Shown: piece after piece, positions 1-11,784 of the stretch | Position numbering within the stretch: the first letter of the stretch is position 1 | Layout: each line of letters starts with the position of its first letter | Source: Girardia tigrina | Taxonomy: Eukaryota | Length of the DNA: 61,756 nucleotides | Direction of reading: 5' to 3' | NCBI GenBank assembly: GCA_001938485.1 | Contig: MQRK01232830.1 | Span: forward strand, 1-61,756 | The notes under the pieces: generated by a model | Database searches by the model: none | The model's input: the letters and a program-made list of their open reading frames with translations, nothing else | Told to the model about the DNA's origin: nothing | Program-made: the position numbers and the translations under genes

Positions 1-114
1 TCTAAAATATCAATTTTCCATCTGGGTGGGAGAAACACATTTCCAAATACTAAACTCAACATACAAAATTCAACAAACCAATTTCAACATACCAAATTTA
101 AAATATTCCTCACA
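1..114 (-). mobile_element. 5' part of a Ty3/gypsy LTR, cut by the window edge and inserted into a mariner relic
   Basis: Reverse complement begins TGTGAGGAATATTT like the LTR at 10153; nearly identical to 50571-50679; carries the family core TCTCCCACCCAGATGG. Confidence 0.85.
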
Positions 115-487
115 AACAGGTTTACTAATATCTTGTTTCACGACAATGCAAAATCACAAACTGCACTTAAGATAGTAATAAATTTCAGGAAGTTAAGTTG
201 AAACTTCTGCCTCATTCTACATACTAACCAAACCTAGCCCCAATCGACAACCATTTCATACTCAATTTGAACGACTTTTTGACAGGAAAAAATTATTTCT
301 GAAGATGCTTTAAAAATGGCTTTCCAGGAATTTATAAATTCTCTTTCAGCAAGTTTTAATTCAAATGTCGATTTTTATGTCGATAATACGGCAGCATACT
401 TTGATGAATTGCATAAATATTTGTTGTGGTAAATTATTAATAAACTTTGACTTTAGTTTTTCAAATTTCATACTCGTGGAATTAATA
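115..487 (+). mobile_element. mariner transposase C-terminal relic with degenerate right TIR
   Basis: Translates LFHDNAKSQTA...LLPHSTY*PNLAPIDNHF, matching mariner HDNARPH...PHPPYSPDLAPSDYHLF; has stops and frameshifts. Confidence 0.8.
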
Positions 488-2149
488 TGAAAATTGAATA
501 AACAAACACTCTGTAAAATGTGATTGCGATACGAAACTAAAGAAATTGAATCTCAGTGAAAATATTTAAAAGGAAAGCAAAAATAAAAAAATATTAGTTT
601 CATTTTTTAATTTATAATAACTTTTAATATTTAATAACTTTAAAGTTGGGTTCTAGACTGGAGCTTCCTGTCAATTTTATAATATAACTAAAAACAGAGT
701 GATATTCTGTATACTTGTATTCAATTTATTTTGTTAAATAATCAATTTCTTAAAAAGTGTTTTAAAATTATTAATGGTCAAAAACATTAAATATATTATT
801 ATATTATTATACTTTTAGTAAAAAACAAGAGATCACATAATATTTGGTAAAACTACACTATTTTTCATGTTTCTGTATCTTAAAAGAAGTATTAATTTCC
901 TAAAATTCTTTTTCTGTGCAAACATTTCAAAAAGTAAAACATTTACGCTTTTCATCTTTCACATTTAACTTTTTTATCTGAAACAATCCGTTATATTATC
1001 GAAAATTTATTTATATAAAAATTTCCTATTTTTTAATAAATTTTTGATAAACGATTTTTTTAATAAAAAAATTTATAATAAAATATTCATTTTTTCAAAA
1101 TAGTTTTATACTAAACCTTCAAAAATAATTCCAGTTACGTGTTTTACGAGGAACTTAATTTTCGAAAGGAACTTAATGATCAAAAATTGAGATGCGGGTT
1201 ATTCACGGGTGCGGGTTAGCCGCAGTAAATTAAGGAAATTAATATTTAATTTTTATTTATTGAAAGACATATGTTATAAATCCTGATTTTTAAAAGAATT
1301 GAATGTAATGTCATAATAAAATTTGTAAAAATAGAATGAAAATAACTTGGGATTTTTTAAATATATTGTAATTGAAAATAATAATAAATTTTATAATATT
1401 TCGATAATTATTTTCTTTTTTTAAATAATTACAATTTTATTTTTGACAGTGCAATTTATATTTTTTTTCATAAATTATTCGAAAAAAATAAGAAATTTTA
1501 GAAAAATTTTAAGTTTTACTTCTGAAAGAAATCTGTTGAAAATTAAAATAATTCCATTTTAATTGATTCACTTATTGGGAAAGAGGTTGCAAAAAGAATT
1601 GGTATACACTTAATGAAATTCTCGTGATTTATAAATATTTATTTTATAAATGATGCATAAATATAAAAAAATTAACACTAAAAATATTCAATTTTTAATT
1701 ATTATTTGGCAAATTATTTGTATTAGTGAATAGCTTATTTTCATTTGATGGTGAAAAAACTTCAAACCATTTTTGCATTCTTATTAATCCTACAATTTTT
1801 TAACCCTACAAAATATAGCCCATAAAAGATATTGCAATTATGCTGGTGGGTTACTAATTGTTCCATAGATATTGTTAACAGACTTCCAATACTCAGAGAT
1901 TGTAACTTGGTAAAAAATTATTGAGATAAAATGTGCCTGATTCATATATATACCCCATAGCCTTGAAGAATTAAAAATATATTTTTTGAAAAATAAATTA
2001 TTAAAATTTTTAAAAATTAATTGAAAAATTAGTATTTTGGCAAAATAAATCTTTTTAAGGTATTCGGTTATTTCTATCCAATCAGAATTTTGACTAATAT
2101 TCCATGTTTGATACAAACTATATTTGTAATTTTAGAAATCTGTTTGATC

Positions 2150-2187
2150 CATCTGATGATGTTCTGTTAAGAACAAAACATTTCGTG
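2150..2187 (+). ncRNA. decayed minimal hammerhead ribozyme (Penelope-type)
   Basis: CAT-CTGATGA-T-GTTC(tgttaa)GAAC-AAAA(for GAAA)-CATT-TC-GTG; one core substitution; followed by AATGGC as in the other copies. Confidence 0.5.
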
Positions 2188-3761
2188 AATTGTGAAATAA
2201 TTAATGGCTAAATTATTAGATAAAACTTTAAATTACACTATTTTTATATAATAATAATAATAATAGTAATTTGGCAATCATTTAAGGACTTGAAAACATC
2301 TCGAGAATTTAATGATCAAGAATCGATGGATATTGATAGATATAATTCTGACCAGAAATTGCCCGAAATTTCAGACTCAGTCTTTGAAACAATAGATATA
2401 AATTTATCGGAGCTTAATGAAAATATAACTCGAGTCACTCGACAAACAGAATGCTCAACAATCTTAGAGCTAGCTTTATCACAAATATTTCTCAATTTAT
2501 CAATATTAATTTCCAAGAAAAATCAAATTATTAGTCAATCTATAACGGATCCTGGATGCCTCCATTCCGTGTTTTATACATGTATTGCTTGTGTTTATTA
2601 TATTATTAAAAATATCGAAAAAAAATTAATTAATTAAATATGAAAAAAAGAGAATTAATTGAAACTAAATTAAAAAGTAACAGTGTGACTAAAATCGCCT
2701 CGAAATATATCGTTTCTCCGGAATTACGGAAAATCGATGGGAATTGGACTAAATTTATTGTCAACTCGAATAATGTCATATCGAATTGTAAAGTCTCAAT
2801 AAAGATTATTTTGCGTTTAAAGCAACAGTGATTTTACAAATCAAAATGGCCGTCGTCGATCAAGAGTGATTTCAGAATTTGTTTATTTTTTTGGTCGTTT
2901 CAGAAATTTTAAGAGATTTTTTAAAGTAAATTTGAAGTGATTTTTTAGTGTGATTTTTGAAAGAAGATTTTAGAATGGCGAAGTGAAGTTGGTTGTGAAA
3001 TGTAGGACAAGTCATTTTGAAAATGTATTCGTTGAATTGATTTGAATTTAATTTTTTTGGAAAAGCGTTTTTTGAAGTGTGAATAAATTGCGACAGTGTC
3101 TTGGAAGAAAAATTGGTTAAAAAATGTGATAGACAAATTTAGTGAAAGTTTAATTTCTTGATATCCTTTGATTAAGTTTCGTAGCAACATTTGATTAAAA
3201 AAATATTGTGAAAACATCTGATTGAAAAGATTCATGATATTGTGATTCATCGAAAAACAAAAAAAACAAAAAAATAGGCTTGTTGCCAAAATAAATAAAT
3301 AAAGTTTTTTTTCATTATTTAAAATAAAATACAACGACGTAATAAAAATAAAAAAAAGATAAATTTCACGCAAAAAAGATCTGTTCGAATATTAAATACA
3401 AGAAAATACTTCATATGATTCGTTAGTTCATAAATAGAAAAAATAAATGTTGACATATATATCGGACGATATTTAAAAATCTGGATCTGCCACTGTAAAC
3501 TCTTTAAAATTGCTTTTGCTGGAGGGTTGACTGCCAGCATCCGGGCCAATGAGGATGCGGCCCCCATTTGTTGCTCTTGGTGTCATTAGCAAGCCGAGTT
3601 CGTGCCTAGTCAATGAGGAAACGGAAAGTAGAGACATGGCGCCAACCGTACTGCAACTCGCAATATTTTTGCCGAATCCAACCAAATATGTATCATTTTT
3701 TGACGCATTAAACAGCACTTTCATTTTATTTTTCTAGTATGGGAAAAATGTATGTTCCCCA

Positions 3762-6180
3762 TCACCACCCGGGGGAAGGGGTAGCCCGTTGCCATGGCAA
3801 CGGGTTCGGGTACCATAGCAACGGTTCCGATTGGTCCCCAGTACCTTGGGAACGCTTCTGATTGATTCCTGGATCCTTAGCAACGGTTTCGGTTCCCATG
3901 GCAACGATACAGTGACTCAAGGCGGTTTTAACCATGGTAACGGTTACCATATCCATAGCAACCGTGACCATATCACTAGGGACCGAAGAAAAAAGTGCTA
4001 ATCGATTGCTGCACGGTGCCAAGATGTGCTAATCGATATTTTAAAAGTGCTAATGGATAGTGAACATTGTGCCGCACATTTCTAATGTGCTAGCACAGTG
4101 CTTTTTAAGTTGCACATGTGCAAAAGTGCAAAAATCAATATATATAATTTTTTAAAAGTGCTAGTGTCAAAAATTGATATCATGTGTTTGATGCAAATTT
4201 TGATTCTCTATCTGAATGTGCAATTAGAATTTTTATATATTGATTACATTTTCCTATAATTAGCATAATGTGCAAATTTACACAAAGTGCACATTGATTT
4301 TAAAGGTACAAGGAAGCAGAATATCAAAAAAGTGCTGACGCACTTGAATAGTAACCCATATACATACATTCAGATTACATGTCAACATTTTCGAAAAAGT
4401 GCTGATAAATCGATTTTTTTCGAACATTTCTGAAATTATCAAAAAAGTGCTCAAAAATTGATTTTTTCATATATATATGAAACCCCTATGATATATGTAT
4501 GTTTTCTACCATTATACAATACCTCATGAATTGCCCAATGTACCTCATCATTACCGTAACCAAGATACATAACTTTTTATTTTACATGTAAAAACGACTT
4601 GTAAACACTCATATTGTACTTCAAACATGCATATACATTATACATAACATGTAAATGATCTGCTAAAGTATCTGAGCTTAGACATTAACCATCAAAACTA
4701 CCACGGTTGCCGTAACCATGATACATAATATTTTAATATTATATATATAGAAACAGTCGAAAACACCTTAGAAACCATCACTGTTATCTTAAAAACCATG
4801 AGAAACACCTTAAAAATCATGGAAAACATGTAAAACCGTCAAAATTACACATAAAAATCAATACTGCACTAAGCCTAGACAGGCTACACATGTGCTGCTT
4901 AGGCTGCACATGTGTTAATCAATATTACACATGTGCTAATCAATAATACATATTTGTAGCCTAGGCAGCCTACCTATGCTTAGTGCAAGTGTGCAAAATC
5001 AATAAGTTCATAATTGTACAAAGTGCAATATATTCATGTTTTAATATATAGTAAAAAGTGGGGTCGAACTCTCATAGGGTGTACATGTCCAAGGAAGCAA
5101 AATATTGAAAATCTATCTGAACACATGGATAGTAACCCATAAGTAAATAGATGGAATATGATCTTAGATTCTCGAAAAATCATTACATAGTGGTTTATTG
5201 AGATGTTGTGTTTTATAGTGTAAAGTGAGGGAGAATCCCCATAGGGTATAAAGGGTGAAGAAAGCAAAATATCAAAAATCTCTCTGAACTCATGAATAAG
5301 TAACTCATATATGAATAGTCAGATTCAATATCAACATTTTTGAAAAAATCGATGCTTAGTGCGCCTAGTGCTTTTTCGAACATATGCACATTATGTGTGC
5401 AAATATTATAAAAAAGAAATGTATTATATTATGATATTATGCTATGTTATCAACCAATATCGTATCAACCATTCAAAACATGGCCGTAGCCAAGGAGATA
5501 TCGTCATGCATCCATCATGTCAACGTATTGCATTCATCATGTCAACGTATTGCATTCATCATGTCAACGTATTGCATTCATTATATCAATACACAGCTGA
5601 ACATGTAAAAAATACAGGAAATGTGGAAATTGTCAGAAATTCGTTGTTTTTAATTGTTGATGCAAGTTGTATTGTTGTGTTAATAAATCTTGTAATAATT
5701 TAGTCTTGATTTTATATAAAATAGGTTAATACATTTGTTAAAATGGATATAGAAACACAAATGAAATATGTATTAGAGATAGTAAAGCTGAATTTAGAAA
5801 TGAATGGAGAAATGTACTTGTTAAAGTGTTGTACGTTAATAAATGTTTTACATATTACTTTGATTAACCTTTAATTGAATTAAAACGTAACAAGATTATA
5901 TAGAACAAACATTTACCTCAACAACCATCAAAATACCTTAACAACCATACTATCAACTATCACATTTACTATATATCAACCTTCAAATATACCTATCAAC
6001 TGCCAAATGTACCTCAACAACCATGAAACATCAAATATAACTTATCAACCATCAAATTTATCTAAACAACCATCAAAATTGACATATTAACCATCAAAGT
6101 ACCTTAAAAACCATACTATCAACCATCAAAATTATCATATACCTTATCAGACATATCATTAACCATAAATCCACTATAAA
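3762..6180. repeat. compound non-coding repeat element: X-box module, GTGC-rich tract, 3 copies of an about 110-170 bp unit, AACCATCAA-rich tail
   Basis: Palindrome CCCGTTGCCATGGCAACGGG at 3785-3804; unit AGGAAGCA.AATAT.AAAA...AGTAAC.CATA recurs near 4310, 5090 and 5258; an inverted homolog lies at 32620-33040. Confidence 0.65.
5513..5581 (+). repeat. 22-bp tandem repeat, 3 copies
   Basis: CATCATGTCAACGTATTGCATT three times in tandem. Confidence 0.95.
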
Positions 6181-6276
6181 TGGTGTTAATAGTGGAACAA
6201 TTTTCGTTCCATTCGTTTCGAAGGTGAATGCAGATACGACAGTCCCGAAAAATCAGTTAAACTGAAAGGGCACTGT

Positions 6277-8048
6277 TTGAGGAGTCGGAAGCAGTATGTG
6301 CCCTATGAGAATCAGACTGTAGCAGCTGCCGTTACACGAGAAGCGCCTGAAAGTGAGTGTCTCTTATCCCAATTTAGATGTGTGAATGATAGCAATAGAG
6401 ACAATATTATTAGTTTAGTGAAAGAATTCAGAGACGTATTTAGTTGGTCTAAATATGATATAGGCTTGGCGCGGAACGCTGAGCATAAAATAGAGCTTAA
6501 AGATAATGGGCCGATACAGGAGCAAACAAGGAGAATTCCGGTGGCGCTCCAAGAAAAAGTGGATGAGTTTGTTGAACAGTTGCTACAGAAAAATATTATT
6601 CAACCAAGTCTATCAGAGTGGAACGCTCCNNNNNNNNNNNNNNNNNNNNNNNNNNNNNNNNNNNNNNNNNNNNNNNNNNAAAATATTATTCAACCAAGTC
6701 TATCAGAGTGGAACGCTCCTATAGTGATTGTGTCAAAAAAGGACGGAGATATTCGACTTACAGTAGATTACCGGAGACTAAATCAAAAGACTAAAGTTTC
6801 ATCATTTCCAATTCCTGACGCACAACTTTTTGATACCTTGGTAGGAGCGAAACACTTTAGTACAATTGATTTGGCTGCAGGATATTATAACATAAGTCTT
6901 GCAGAGTGTGATAGAGAGAAAACAGCGTTTAGTACTAGAAAAGGACACTGGGAGTTTTTGAGGTNGCCAATGGGCTTAGCGGCAGCGCCGGCAACGTTCC
7001 AAAGAGTTATGAAAGCGATATTAAAGGAAGAAGACTGGAGGGAATGCTTGATATATTTGGATGATATTCTAGTTTTTGGGAAGACACAAGAGGAGCATTT
7101 AGTCGGACTGCGAAAAGTATTATACAAAATCAAAGAAGCCGGTCTAAAGATTGCACCAGCAAAGTGCCATTTTTTTGCAAGGGATGTAAAGTATCTGGGC
7201 CATAGAGTATCAGCTAATGGAATTTCAATGAACGAGGATAAAATCAAGTGCATTCAGGAGTGGCCACAGCCAGAGTCTCAAGATGAAATTAGAAAATTTC
7301 TTGGACTTTGCGGATACTATCGCAATTATATTAAAGAGTACGCCAAAATTGTTGCACCATTAGAAGACGCATGTAAAGACTGTTGGAACAAAGCTAGGAC
7401 TAGAAAATTACACCCGTCAGCCTGTCAATTGTCAGCCTGTTCGGGTGACGCATTTCTTCATTTGAAACAATGTTTAATGACTGCGCCAATTTTAGCAGTT
7501 CCGAATAGCTACGACCAATTCATATTGGATACGGATGCATGTGATAACACGATTGGATGCGCTCTTTCTCAAGTGCAAAGTGGTGATGAAAAAGTAATAG
7601 CCTACTCTTCGCATAAGTTGTCTACAGCAGAACAACATTATTGTGTGACACGAAAAGAGTTACTGAGTGTCTATAAATACACAAAAATGTTTAGACACTA
7701 TTTGGAAGAAGACTTAGTATAAGAACTGACCACAAAGCTCTATGCTGGATGATGAATAGGAAAACACTGAGTACAAGTCAATTTAGTGTCTATGATATGG
7801 ATATCCAATACCGGAAAGGAGAAGAATATAAGAATGCGGACGCTCTATCCCGAGCCCCAGAGCAATGCCAGCAATGTGCAATGAGCCACGAAAATCCGAA
7901 GGCAAAACGAAATGTTAAATATTACAATGAAAATAAAAATGATAAAAAAGCTGTTGTCTACTGCCGGCGGATAGCAATGGAAGAAGAAGAGGTCTGTCAG
8001 ACGGATGATAATAATCTGGCTTTGATAATTAAACTTATGAATGTTTGA
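6277..8048 (+). mobile_element. pol: Ty3/gypsy pol fragment (reverse transcriptase and RNase H), no LTRs seen
   Basis: Motifs SEWNAPIVIV, VDYRRLN, FSTIDLAAGY, PMGLAAAPATFQR, YLDDIL, FILDTDAC, RKELL, and NADALSR after a frameshift. Confidence 0.95.
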
Positions 8049-8237
8049 TTCTGAAGAGTCCAGAGCATTTTTGTTTTCCTTTTTATCTTTCTGATCTTTT
8101 TAAATAATTTTAATTTTTACATATTTAGTGTAACCTTATTTCAAAAGTTTTCATAACATTTTTAATTTCTACCTTTGCTAATGTTGGGTAATAGTCAATG
8201 TGCCATATAAATGACTTGTAATCTATAATTATTTTCA

Positions 8238-8272
8238 CAATTGATGATGTCGTAATGGCGAAATATGTTTTT
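8238..8272 (+). ncRNA. decayed minimal hammerhead ribozyme (Penelope-type)
   Basis: TTGATGA (C3 mutated)-T-GTCG(taa)TGGC-GAAA-TATG-TT, with a TATA-like ATATAAA about 35 bp upstream as in the intact copies. Confidence 0.4.
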
Positions 8273-9589
8273 TTATAATATTCTTTATTTTTTATGAATA
8301 AATTGTATAAATTATAAATAAATAAATTATATATATTCTGTTTTTGTCCTAATTATGTCATTCAATTTTTCGACTTATTTCAAATTATTTTATTAATTTA
8401 ATAAAACTTTAATTATAAATTTTTAGTAACAAAACAAGTGAGATTTTGGACACCTAAATAAAGAAAGAGAATAATTTTAAATTCCATTCAATTTGCCATT
8501 TTAAAAATAAAAATTTGAAATAGCTCTCACAATTATTTTTGTTTTTAATTAAAAGAATTAAATGAATAAAACAAATAATTCTTCTGTGTCTTTATTTGTG
8601 AAATGTCATGTACATTAATTATATTTTAAATAAAATATAAATTAAGTAATTGGAATTTCGAAAGTTAAAAGAAAATAATTAAAAATTAATTTTTAATCAA
8701 CTATTTGTTCACAAATCCTTTGTTAATTTATATTAGATAAACTTTAAATATTTATTTGTTTTTTTTTCATTTATTTTAAATTAATTTCAAATAAAAAGAA
8801 ATAATTAAACATTATTTTATTATAAATTATATAGAAAATGGTAATTAAATAACAAGTGCTATCCAAAAATAAAAAAAAATAATAAAATGCGTTCCAGGTT
8901 AACGGAAAAAAATGTTGTCTGATTTACGACATAACAAACAATTTTTTTTAATTTAAAAATTTTAAAAGTGAATGCAAGTTATTTTTAAAAGTTAAATAAT
9001 GTTTATCAATTTTTACGGATTAACCGTCTCATAAGGAAAAATAATTTTTCTGCGATTATATACTCAAGTGATGTTCATGTATTCATTTTTATAATAACTA
9101 AATCATAAAAGTAGTAAATCAAACAAAATCACTTTTTTAAAAACTTCTTTTTTTGTGTTAATTACACCGATTTTTAGAAAAAAGAGACCAGAAAGAAGAG
9201 ACCACATAAAAGTAAAAAAATTAAATAAAATTTAGAAAAATGAAACAAAATCAAATAAATTTTAGAAAATTTAAAAAATGGTTTGATGGTTTTCGACGGG
9301 ATGTTGTTAATCATAAACTAACATTAGCGAATGCTGAGTATTGAATTGTCGAGCGAAAGAAGAAAAAATATCAGCTTTTCCAAGAGCGTATGGCTACTTT
9401 GGTTCAAAATTGTTCAAATAAATCAGATAAACTTAAATATTTACGTACACTTGCAAATTTGTAATACTTACAAATATAAAACGTTTGTATTAAAAAATAA
9501 CAAATTTGTAATAATATATAAAACATATGTATAAAAATATTAAACATTTGTTTCAAAAATATAGTTTAATAAAAATTAAAAACTATTAA

Positions 9590-9870
9590 AAACTATTAGG
9601 AGAGGGTGGCCTGTGAAGCACTTTATATCAGATCTTTAGATCCTAAGATTAATGTGCAAACGGGTCTTTCGAAAACCCTATTAAGCGTGTTTAGATGACA
9701 TAATAATCATTGATGACATAATCACTGCTTGCCTATATAAGCAGATTTATAATTCATTTCTTTCTTGAGACCTGACGATGACGGTTATACCGTCGAAATT
9801 AATTGTCATAAAAAATAAATTTTACAAATGGCGTGTTTTTGTTTATAAACATAATTTGCCATTATTTTTT
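9590..9870 (+). mobile_element. Penelope-like element 3' end (GIY-YIG C-terminus plus pseudo-LTR)
   Basis: NY*ERVACEALYIRSLDPKINVQTGLSKTLLSVFR*, homologous to 22800-22907, followed by TATATAA and a hammerhead. Confidence 0.85.
9768..9807 (+). ncRNA. minimal type I hammerhead ribozyme
   Basis: GAC-CTGACGA-T-GACGG(ttata)CCGTC-GAAA-TTAA-TT-GTC: intact core, 5-bp stem II, palindromic stem III ATTAAT, stem I GAC/GTC. Confidence 0.88.
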
Positions 9871-10152
9871 AATTTTTTAATAAAAATGTTTTATATTTTA
9901 ATAAAATAAGACTGCGTATAATATCATAATTTGTAAGTTGTAATTCAAGTGATTTAATGATTCCTCTAGTTCTGAGTTATAGATCTGCATCAGCTCTCAT
10001 TTACCTATCTGGAGATTCTATGTTGATTAAAGACCGGAGTACTTTTATAATATTGGTCATTGTGTTGAAATGTTCTTCTGATTTAAGAGATTTGTACCAA
10101 TCAATCCTTATTTACTCACACAATATACCAACCACAATGCCGCAACCCTTAG

Positions 10153-10591
10153 TGTGAGGAATATTTGAATGTTTGATGTTTTGTGTTTGAATGTGTATGT
10201 TGATTTGGAAATGTGTCTCTCCTACCCAGATGGATGATTAATATTTTAATTCTTATTATTTAAAAATTATGTAATGTTCAAATTTATTTTTAATTTCATA
10301 TAATTTTAAAATTTTAAATAAGTTAATTAATTTTTATAATATTTAATAAATAAATCAAATCAATATTTTTTAAATAATTAATTATCATTTTAATTATTAT
10401 CCAATAAGTTTGTGTAAATTTTTTATTTAAATATTTAGTTCCCTATTTTCTAAAAAAATAATGAGAATTGAACCATTAATCAATTTCGCTTTGAATTCAA
10501 TTGTACAAAAGTTTTGACAAAGATTGTCTTGAGGATAATCAAAATTGTTGTTTAAATAAAAATATAAAAAATCAAATTGGTGTTCTTAATA
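10153..10591 (+). repeat. 5' LTR (TG...TA)
   Basis: Direct repeat of 13825-14262 with roughly 15-20 differences counted by eye. Confidence 0.95.
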
Positions 10592-11767
10592 TGGCGACAC
10601 ACGACCACGTGACTCCGAATATCAAAGGTCCAGAAACATTCGACGGATCTGAGACGAAAGTGGAANNNNNNNNNNNNNNNNNNNNNNNNNNNNNNNNNNN
10701 NNNNNNNNNNNNNNNNNNNNNNNNNNNNNNNNNNNNNNNNNNNNNNNNNNNNNNNNNNNNNNNNNNNNNNNNNNNNNNNNNNNNNNNNNNNNNNNNNNNN
10801 NAAAAATTAAGAGCAGCGTTCTCCAAGGAAAAAACCGTATTAGATATAATGAAAGAAATGTTAGATTTGAGAATTGGCTCCAGCGATCCCACAATAATAT
10901 TTAGAAAGGCAGACGAACTAATAGAGAAATTGGTAGAGAAAAAGCTAGGTAAGAAAGAACTATCGAATTTAGTGTACGCTAACTTGATAGATGATGATGA
11001 TGTACAAAAACAAATAGCCATTCAAGGTATCACGAAATCTGATGAGATTGAAGAAATACAAACAAGAATGTTCGAACACGAGAAAAAGAAAAGNNNNNNN
11101 NNNNNNNNNNNNNNNNNNNNNNNNNNNNNNNNNNNNNNNNNNNAATCTGATGAGATTGAAGAAATACAAACAAGAATGTTCGAACACGAGAAAAAGAAAA
11201 GAAATGCACCAGTGGCAGCATATAATACAAAAAGAGAAAATGAATGGAAAACAGTGGAAAATTAAAAGAGAACAAGACCACGGAATAGAGAAATTCCAAA
11301 AGATACAAGAAGAAATTTTAGAGTCAGGAAAATTACTTGTTGGGCATGTCATGAAGAAGGACATGTTAGAAGAGATTGTCCAAATGTGACATGTAATCAT
11401 TGCAATAAAAAAGGACACATAANNNNNNNNNNNNNNNNNNNNNNNNNNNNNNNNNNNNNNNNNNNNNNNNNNNNNNNNNNNNNNNNNNNNNNNNNNNNNN
11501 NNNNNNNNNNNNNNNNNNNNNNNNNNNNNNNNNNNNNNNNNNNNNNNNNNNTACACAAATAGGAAATATTCAGTAGCGGAATTGGACGAATTAGACGATG
11601 AATTGTATGAAGGAGATAACTCTTCAAGACGGGGTTATACCGACGAAACCAATAGAAAAGAAGATTCTAAAAGACAGAAATATCCCAGAGGTTACAGAAA
11701 GTTCAGAGATGATCAGGGAAAAGAGGATGCACGATCACAGGGAGAGGTGATCAGTGTGCTTCATTAG
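10591..11767 (+). pseudogene. gag: gag (frameshifted, gapped) with two CCHC-type zinc knuckles
   Basis: MATHDHVTPNIKGPETFDG start homologous to the gag at 42539; CWACHEEGHVRRDC and CNHCNKKGH at about 11338-11420. Confidence 0.85.
11716..11759 (+). promoter_or_regulatory. -1 ribosomal frameshift signal between gag and pol
   Basis: G GGA AAA in gag phase, 6-nt spacer, hairpin GCAC-GATCAC/GTGATC-GTGC; the -1 frame is open into the pol ORF at 11785. Confidence 0.75.
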
Positions 11768-11784
11768 AAAGTCAATGCAGATGT

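Noticed and set aside
1726-1910. Reassigned TAA/TAG codons in exon-like stretches (also 16640-16900)
   Set aside because: No recognisable homology, and TE ORFs in the window use TAA/TAG as ordinary stops.
3473-3724. 83-aa ORF in a GC-rich patch
   Set aside because: No recognisable motif; its end overlaps a MITE-like terminus (CTGGATCTGCCACTG).
6590-6720. Duplicated sequence either side of N runs (also 11036-11200)
   Set aside because: Unmerged contig overlaps around 50-N gaps; assembly artefacts.
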